A stretch of DNA of 63,102 bases, filler included, from Kipferlia bialata (taxonomy: Eukaryota): NCBI GenBank assembly GCA_003568945.1. It is 6 parts of 6 records of this genome, joined end to end, with 100 filler letters (N's around TTAATTAATTAA, not from the genome) between each part and the next. Parts side by side here need not be neighbours in the genome. Positions count along the whole stretch, not along the records: positions 46,150 to 57,564 come from BDIP01001240.1; positions 57,665 to 63,102 come from BDIP01001254.1; 4 more parts are not named here. One strand, 5' to 3'. The notes beneath the pieces were generated by a model. That model did no database searches and had not been told where the DNA came from. It was given only the letters and a program-made list of their open reading frames with translations. Made by a program: the position numbers and the translations under genes. Shown piece after piece: positions 54,507 to 63,102 of the stretch; the stretch's first letter is position 1; the number at the start of each line of letters is the position of its first letter.

Positions 54507-57490
54507 TCCTGATGCAGCTGGGGGTGAGGCATATGGGTACATTTATACACTCATATATATATATATATATGTATGTATGTACAGAGAGAGAGAGAGGGAG
54601 AGAGAGACAGTCTTGATGCAGTTGGATAGTTAGATGAGAGGGATACCTAAACATATACTCTGGATCCTGATAGTTTTACAATTGCCCAGTCAAGGAAAAC
54701 TAAGAATGACGCAAAAGTCTTTGGGCGTGATTGACACACATAGGAGTAACATGCAATTAGTAACTGTGTACTACAATCAGGGTGAAATGATACTTGTCAC
54801 AAAACGTGTAACGTACTCGTGGCAGAACTCGGGCCTCTCCACAGACAGTAACCGGCACTCACAGATCTCACCACTATCTCCCTCACCCTTTGACTCTGTC
54901 CCAGTCTGTGCCTTGGCTGGTGGTTAGCACACTGTAAAACGTATATATATGTTGCTCTATATACTATTTGGTGTAAAATTACTTACTCTCCACTAACTAA
55001 AAAATTGGACATAGACAGTGAAGTTAGACAAGGATTAGTGGAGGACAGGTTGAAACTTCCAGAATGTATTTCTTTAGTGTAGATAGATATAGATAGATAT
55101 AGAGAGATATAGAGAGATATCGGTACACAGACGTATATTTCCAAAGTTACCTGTCTTTGTACTGGTAGGGAAACTACTACTACTAGGATCGATAGGATAT
55201 ATAGAGTATGGTATATATAATGTATATACATATATAATGTATGTGTATACCTGTCTTTGTCTGGTGGGGACACTTGTAGGGTCTGACCCCGAACTGTCTG
55301 TGTAAGGAATATGTATAAAGAGGTATATATATATATATATACAATGTAGTAGCAATTAGCAATACATGTGATGTATATAGAGGTATATATACATGCACTT
55401 GCCTGTGTATCTCAGTGCAGGCATCGCAGTTGAGAACGATATTCTTCTCGGCCTGAGACATTAGTATATTCAATATCAGTGTTCTATATACACTCTATTA
55501 GATATACTCCGATTATCCAAGTAATTACTAATGAGTGAATTGTATTATGTTTGGATTACAACCGTGCGTCTCACCAAATATGTATATATATCTATATCTA
55601 TATTCACCTCTGATACGTGTGGGTACAGACTGCCATAGAACACTCTTTATAAATATATATGAATGCATATATTGTACCAAATATTGTCTTATAAGTATGC
55701 ATGTACGTGTGTTCACCTCTGACACGGGTGGGTACAGACGCTCTGCCATGGAACAAGGGCGCGTGCATGTGGTGAGTAAAACGAGGACACACACACATAT
55801 ACATACACATATATATAAACATATGAATATATATGTGATATGTATATATATGTATGTATTAGTGTATATAGATAATAGAGAGAGAGGGTGTGTAGCACTT
55901 GTGGTGAGTAGTAACAGGATGACACATATGTATATAGATATAAGTATGTATAGAATAATAATATCAGAGAGGGTGTGTAGGATAAAATAATATTAATTAA
56001 TACACACAGATACATAGATTACAGAGAAAGGGGGCGGGAAGCACGCGTAGAGTCACGAGGATGAAAAGAGTATCTAACACCAATAATCCCCTGTACACCC
56101 AGTAAATATGTCTCACTACTTCCATACCTACGGATATGAGGCCACATCTGCCAGCTGCCTGCTGTCTATCGGCCTGAAGTCAGAGTAATGCACTAATAAT
56201 ATAGTATGTATTAGTCAATATAGTGAAGGTGAGACTATTAAATGTCCAGAGTATAGTATTTGTATGTACACATCTCTGCTCCGCAAGTGTGTACATGTGT
56301 GTAGTGTGTAGGTGATAGTATATAGTATATGAACAGTGATGACTGTATCCTCTCCGCAAGTGGCTAATGGTTGGGGACTCTGCCACAAAGACACATGTAT
56401 ATATTCATATATCATTATTAGCTTGCTATTACTATTGTTATAATTGTAATTCTGTTATTACTACAGTATTATATTACTATTATAGTGATAATTGAATTAT
56501 TGCCTCCTCTTCACTGGCCAATGGCTGGGGACTCTGCCACTGTGATACACATACAATACACTATTAGATTACCTATTAATGCTATTTACTGTACTAATAC
56601 CACTATTACTACTCTTACCTCCTCCTCACTGGCTATTGGTTGGGGACTCTGCCACTTGACTGGAGGCCTAGGCTGCTCCTTCTTCTTAGGTCTCAGACTC
56701 ACATCTATGGAGAAAAGGCCTAACGGTGAGACGCTGAGACGCTGAAACGCTGAGATACCTTTACTATAGGGTACACGTAGGGTATACCTGTGACAGGAGG
56801 AGCTCCCCACACTGTCTAGGAAACAGGCAGCCCCTATCCCACACTATATATATGAGTAACGCCCATCTCTATACATATGTGTACATTATTCTAAGAACAT
56901 GTAGTTTGTTCTATAATATGATAGAGTGTATACCTGTGACAGGAGGAGCTCCCCCCGGATTGTCCAGGAATGAGTATCCCCCTGGGATAGGGACGGGTGG
57001 GAATGGCAGGCCTGCTGGCCAGTTGTCGGGGCGGGGGGGCCTAAAGGTAAGATCAAGTAAGGGGAATATATACAATAGTATATATATGTATGAATGTATA
57101 TATATAGTAGTAGTGTACATATATATACACATGTGTGTGTATATGTCTATATCTGAGGAGAGAGAGAGTGAAAGAGAGAGCGAGAGGAAGGAGATAACTC
57201 TGCCATCTTCTGGGGACATTGCAAACTAACATGCAGAATTATTGTTAACATATACATATATATGATAGAGAGAGGAGCCAAAATATGTATATATATACTG
57301 CTTTAGAACTCACCCAGCTCTGGGAACATTGCAGGGGGCATTGACGGCTTGGGATCCAAAGGTGATGGAAGGGACAGGGGGGGCTTGGGTGAGTATAGAT
57401 ATTACTATGATTACATATATATATATGTGTGTATAGTGTGTGAGAGAGAGAGAGAGAGAGTGGGACCCAAAGGTGATGGAAGGGACAGGG
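48622..57490 (-). CDS. Multi-exon Kelch-like protein with Pro-rich and Cys/His-rich N-terminal part, 5' partial (could be two genes)
   Basis: Exons VYVFDGG, VYVYSLETEEW, RGAVAISDTE|FLVILG..AWICNTRDMSWK, VYGYDTAR|HMWG. Last exon FPLTTDTVLVLG..VRQSISD-TAA at 48622-48624. Upstream exons include RPPRPDNWPAGLPFPPVP, LNCDACTEIH and RPYKCPH. Confidence 0.7.
53167..53236. repeat. 10-bp minisatellite (TATATCACTA) x ~7
   Basis: Direct tandem array inside an intron, with 1-2 substitutions. Confidence 0.9.
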
Positions 57491-57511
57491 TGGGCTTGGG
57501 TGAGTATTGAG

Positions 57512-57564
<53 letters not shown>

Positions 57565-57664
57565 NNNNNNNNNNNNNNNNNNNNNNNNNNNNNNNNNNNN
57601 NNNNNNNNTTAATTAATTAANNNNNNNNNNNNNNNNNNNNNNNNNNNNNNNNNNNNNNNNNNNN
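57565..57664. other. Artificial contig spacer
   Basis: N44-TTAATTAATTAA-N44. Confidence 0.98.
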
Positions 57665-57677
57665 GTGGGGGGGGGGT

Positions 57678-57711
<34 letters not shown>

Positions 57712-57978
57712 TATGCAACCCGAAATAAGAATAGACTACTATCCACACATACTGCATGACCCAATACAGATAGATAGCTTGGAGGGAGTGTATGCCACAT
57801 CCCAATATCGGTGTCAAATCTCACTTCTAATCATTTGACTGAGGCACACCCTGCCACCTATATACACTCCACAAGTACATATACGTATAGAACGTCCGTT
57901 ACTACCCACCTGTCCAGTGGGTTCTCCTTTGGTTATTGAACAGGAGGCAATGGTTGGTTAAGAAGACTGGCTGAGCGG

Positions 57979-58317
57979 TCAAGACGTTCTTGATTTAGGG
58001 CACTTGATTTTTGAATCTAAATCAAGTTGTTTATGCAATATGGTTGTTCTTCTTAGGTCACCTAACTTTGGTGATCCACCAGTTGTATTGGTCTCTGTCC
58101 CATCCCGCGAGACCGGTTGATGAGAAAGACAGTTCCTAACATATTTCTGTACGTGTGAGAGGGTAATTATGTGCCCTCTAGAATCAAGATAGGAGGCTAC
58201 GAACTGGATCTGCTCCCAGTGAATGTATTCTACCGCACTCCTTGTTCCCAAAAGGAGCGCCACGGGTTCAAACCCTAGACAAACCGAGAACAAGCTCAAG
58301 GATACAAACGGGAACAC
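57979..58317 (-). mobile_element. Possible decayed pogo/Tc5-type transposase DNA-binding fragment
   Basis: YLDSRGHIITLSHVQKYVRNCL..GGSPKLGDLRR..HKQLDL loosely recalls a CENP-B/Tc5 HTH. No DDE domain or terminal inverted repeats seen. Confidence 0.2.
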
Positions 58318-59509
58318 TTCCCAGGTTTACCATGCCTGATCGGTGCCGACGGATATGGATACCCCGTCCTCAGCAAATGACTTAAGCCTGGTCAATTATG
58401 ATCATTGACCCTGATCTCACTTCTTTTTCTATCTATCTCTCTCTCTCTCTCTCTCTAGGCCCATATCCGGTATATCATATACCTGGGTATATGATATACC
58501 CAGTAGGGCTTTCCCACACTATAACCCTCTTGCAGCGTGGTTTTCGCTGTGTCAGTAGCATCTCTATATACCCACCAATTTCTTCTTTCACAAGTCATGA
58601 CAACTATTTCACCTAGGGCATTGACTGTCAAGGCCGCCTTGACAAGATATAATACAGCGGTATTGCTCGAGACGTGTCTCTAGAGTAGTGGATATACGTC
58701 GCTAACAATATGTGTGTCTTGCTCCTGACATATATCACAAGGTACTCTTATACAGTGTCACAAAGGACAGCGTGTATTCAGGTTGTCCTCTACCTCCTCT
58801 TCATGGTATATATGTTTGTATCTCACCCTTTGTCGGGCAATGAGTGTGGCCCGCCGACCTACGGCACAGTCTCATACACCATCACCCTTACACTCGCTCA
58901 ACTATCCCCTGCAGACAACCATCAAACTCCACAAATGCTGTACCTCCAATAGAACTCCACAAGAAGGGCAGTATAGACAAATATATTGCGATGGACTCCA
59001 CAGGCTGTGGAGTCTCCACAACTACTTTAGATCCTTATACGTACCATTGTGTATATTGTTAGAATTCTAGATCTATATACTGTCATAATGATAGTATCAT
59101 TGGACCATACCAATGAGACCAGTCTCCAGTTTTGACGTTACTCAAATGGCCTTTACAGACTTTATGTAGTCCAATAATACATTCCGTATTCATTTATCGT
59201 CATTAGTTAGATCATATTGTATTGCAAGTAGGTTCGCTGTGAATATCTCCACCTTGAATGGATTGGGTTTTGAAGTGTGTCCCATTGCCAAACCCAATGC
59301 AATATATACATATAAGATGTATTACATATAAGATCTAGATATCCTGTACATATGAAAGCCTTATGATCTACATCGGCGCATCCCAACTTCAACAACTCAC
59401 CTTGGTATGATATCAATGGTATCCAGTATACACCGACCTATACTCAGGCCCACACTACAAATGTAGCGCTCAGCTAATACAGATGACTCTTCTATTCACT
59501 TCAGATCAA

Positions 59510-62500
59510 TTAGGCTAGTCGCAGGAGCCATGCTAAAAATGCCTCAGAGTGCATCAGATCCGCCACAGTACTCGCTGCTCCACTAGCTGACACAAGGTCC
59601 CCTGCATCACCACCAGTCTCTACGAAGCCCATAAAACTACCAGAATCAATGGGACTCCACGTGTCACCAGAATATAGACGCATACCCATCTTGCCGTCAG
59701 ACCCAGTGGATGACAAGATGGATGTCTCGTAGAAACTGGAATAGAACACCCCGACGCGATCCTGGTCAGAGTCTGCAAAGAGTACACTCTCGCCAAGAGT
59801 CATTGTGTTGTCACTGGCCACAGTGACTTCTCGAACCATGCCCCCCTGGTTAACGTCGGAATAGCGAGATACTACCAAGAACGCAGCACGAGAAGGGTCA
59901 TATGATATACCAATCACAGCTCCCGACTGGGAGGACATCAAAAGCCTACTACTAAACGAAATTGTGGTGCCCGATACAGTACCAATACGAATATACGTAT
60001 AGATACTGCCGCCAGAGTAGACAACCATCATCTTCCCGCTGCTTGGGTCAAAGGATGCTGCCAAGGATGTTGCGTATGCGCCGTCAATCTCAGTATTGAT
60101 AGTGCCAAGGGAGATTGTGCTACCAGTGACAGAGACAGTGCGAGAACGCCCATTGTAGTTCAGAATGGCGGTGTCCGACACAGAGTCATATGCCAACCAC
60201 GGTTGTTGGTAAGAACCAGTATGGAACAGAACCGGAGTCCCAAAGAGTACCGTGTCGTCTGCTTGCACTGTGGCAGTCCGGATATACTGATACATATATG
60301 TAACATCTACATTGTACGCGATCAATGCATTTCCCGATGAAGCATGATACACGCTATGGTGGATGTACATGTTTGGCGTTGGTCTGACATCCCCATAACT
60401 ACTCGGGACACCGAAGACGAGCGACGTTCCAACTACCCTCATAACTACAGCGTATCCCGTTCCAGTTGAGCCGGACTTGACCGAATAGACAATCACAAAA
60501 CAGTCGTTACCTTCGTCATATGTGACGTATGGAGATATGACCTGCGATTAGATGAGGAGCAAATGACTTACTCAGTTGTCAATGAGTTCAATGTATTTCA
60601 GCACAAACATGGCGATGCAGAAGGCAAGAGAGCATGCCTACCTGATCAGTGATTGGTGCAAACTCGTACTCAGGATGGTATAGCACAGTCGCCCCGATTG
60701 GATCAGCGACTCGTGCATACGACCCATAACCTGTGGAGTCTGTATACACCACCACAATACTACCGTGGCAATCCTCGGCCATCGACACATGATCATTGCC
60801 AACAGCTCTCCTAACGGTAGAGTCAGAACCAAAGCCCTCTTGTCTTGACTTCAACAGGTTTAATGACCCTAAGGGTGAGCATAGTAGTAATGGCAGCATC
60901 ATTTCACAAAGATCACACATTAACACATACCTAATCGGTTGAGGACCACTGCATCTCCAGTGGCGAGAGACTCGGCTGCTGGAGCTGTTATGGGAACATT
61001 GACGTCTGCAAAGACCCGGCCACTGGGAAGATTGGCTACCACTAGCTCTGTAGTGCTTAGGGCAGTTCCCACAAACTGTGACGGCGACGTTGCCATGGAT
61101 AGAGAGAGGGATCCGTTCTGTAGAACATAGTAGTCCTTTCCAACTATCAGCCCAGACTGGTTCCCAACCACGGTACCACTTGTCCCGATGTGCACATCCT
61201 GTCTATCACTTGCCGATGCAGTGGCGAGACCAATCAGACTGCCACTGGTCAGGTTGGACCATACGTCGGTGTGATATGTAAGGGCGTATCCCTGGTGTGT
61301 CGAGTAGATATTGTGGGACACCACCATGCACTGCGAGGCATGGTTGTACACAGCGGTAGGGGCATCGTCGCAGTCACTGGTTTCAAACACAGTGGTGGTA
61401 CCATATGTGAGGGTGTTCCCAGATACTACTGCGGATACTGAGCTTCCATAGTAGCTATTTGCATTGTCTGCGAACACAATCAGCATCTGAGCGGTCTGGG
61501 GATCGTACACCACTGCTGGCTTGCCAATATTGCCTGTGGAGAACTGGTATGCGGCCCCAAAGGATATGACCCCGCCAGATATGGTGGCCACTCTGGCTTG
61601 TCCGGTGGTGCTTCCACCGACCTCCTTGTACACCACCACCATACTCAGTGTCACAGGGTCAATGGCAAGGTCGGTCTCCTTCGTCATGACCGAGTTGAAT
61701 ACAGTATCTGACCCTAGGAAGACACTAGTGCCACTGACGCTGCAGAGGCGGGCGGTGCCATAGTCACTGACGTAAGAGGGTGAGGGGAAGAAGTATAAGT
61801 AGTAGTGAGTACACATTACTAGGTTACCTGTTGCCATTGTCTCTGTACAGTAGCACACTCATGTTGTGTGCAGCGTGGTAGTGAATGCCTACGTTGTACT
61901 CAACCGAATCAGGCACAAGAGTAGGGGTCCCAAAGGTGATAGTAGAGCCTGATACAGTGCCGGTAAGCACATATGCAGTGTTTACCCTCGTAACATGGGC
62001 TATCACCACCTTCTCAGCGTGTGAGTCGTATGTGATCTGCGTCTCACGCCCAGGGACCGCACTGAACACCACAGGGGTCCCACAGGTGATGTCGCCAGCT
62101 GTAGATACTGTTGCAACCACGGCCGTCCCCTCGTCTCCACTGGATAACTCGTTGTTGTACACTATGACGAAAGAGTCATGGGCCTGATCGTACACAGCCT
62201 TGGGTCGCATTGGCTGAGGTGAGACAAGAATTGCTGCAGCAACAGTCTGCTTTATGATGTAAGGAATATATGTGCACACATAGCGACACATACCAGGTCA
62301 GTGGCTGGTGCAAACATGACCTCAGTCCCGTAGATGACAGACTCGCCATCGACCGTGATGAATCGAGCGTATCCCTGCTGTGTTGTGTTGTCCTGATACA
62401 CAGCCAGGACACCGTCACCATTAGCAGCCAGGGAGACACGAGAACCTCGGAAGGTGCGTCCAATATCGGTGGATACCCCATACCCAGAAGGATACTCTGA

Positions 62501-63102
62501 GACAGAGCTGACAGTGCCTTGGGTGAGAATATTGATATGTGAGTAACATCCTTTCGATGCGTGTTAAGGTGTATTTGTGTAACACGTGTCGAGGAACCTG
62601 TAACCACACAATGACTTGTCTTTGGAAACGAACTACGTACCATCTTGATTTAGAACCAGAGCGTCTCCAGCAGTCACTGCCCCACGAGCTGTCAGAGAGA
62701 GACCACCGGCAGTAGGGACATCTGCCCAGTCTGCACTGCCGGCACCGTCAGTCAGAAGGACCTGGTATCAGTAAATACACCCATACATTAGTATTAATCA
62801 GTATATGTATTGACAGCGTTTTAGAGATAGTACCTGTCCGGCTGTTCCGTCCAGAGATGGCAGAGAGTATGTCCCGACAGTGAGGTCAGAGAAGGCCCCG
62901 GCTGCTGGAGTGGTGCCTCCAATAGCTGTCCCGTCAATGTGTCCCCCTACTATGGCAACCTCACCCAGGGCACTCTGTGCAGAGGCAGGTGCCACCTGCA
63001 GCTCTGTCTCACTCACTGCCAATCCAGCCAGCACAGGTGTGACAGAGGTGGTGACAGTGCCATCCTCCTCGACATAGTATGTGGACCCAGGTACAAGGCC
63101 GC
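59510..63102 (-). CDS. Intron-containing protein made of tandem phage virion/tail-fibre-like beta-rich modules, 5' partial (~1030 aa visible)
   Basis: Exons 62834-63102, 62641-62761, 62294-62517, 61828-62213 (alternative in-frame acceptor at 62246), 60931-61766, 60642-60868, 59510-60541. All six introns are GT-AG and phase-consistent. Repeats of the type YD....vvv.Y.....G.vSGttitFGt. Confidence 0.85.

Noticed and set aside
12110..57230. Many short ORFs rich in YIYI, SLSL or ERER in the ORF track
   Set aside because: Translations of (TA)n/(GA)n intronic microsatellites or antisense shadows of real exons.
11448..57664. Regularly spaced TTAATTAATTAA motif every ~11.5 kb
   Set aside because: Artificial linker inside N runs. 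The intervening contig lengths (11442, 11434, 11426, 11415) are simply size-sorted, so no synteny can be inferred across linkers.
1..63102. Non-standard genetic code (TAA/TAG as Gln, as in hexamitid diplomonads)
   Set aside because: Long exons are free of TAA/TAG, and inferred genes end in TAG (6339, 29316), TAA (6829, 48622, 59510) and TGA (11998, 39486).
59510..63102. Prophage or bacterial contaminant contig
   Set aside because: Six phase-consistent GT-AG introns with host-type acceptors, and no neighbouring phage genes or operon structure.

Overview
Eukaryotic DNA, not prokaryotic. The window is six unrelated draft contigs (about 11.4 kb each, size-sorted, the last cut by the window) joined by artificial 100-nt spacers (N44-TTAATTAATTAA-N44). 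Genes have many short GT-AG introns whose branch-like motif sits right against the acceptor, and (TA)n/(GA)n microsatellites are dense. This, plus several divergent Kelch-like genes, suggests a free-living fornicate such as Kipferlia (inference only). Genes read by manual splicing: an EF-hand/WD40 protein, a receptor-type class III adenylate cyclase, an MFS transporter, a Upf1/DNA2-like SF1 helicase, several Kelch-like genes and pseudogenes, and large hypothetical proteins. Two things stand out. (1) Four genes are flanked by 'echoes': partial copies of the adjacent exon in introns and even after the stop codon. They differ from the live exon mostly at synonymous positions, including Ser TCN/AGY switches, which a dead tandem duplicate should not show. 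(2) A gene of more than 1000 codons with six phase-consistent spliceosomal introns is built from tandem modules resembling bacteriophage virion/tail-fibre proteins. Most coordinates of multi-exon genes are approximate outer bounds, and family calls come from motif recognition, not database searches.
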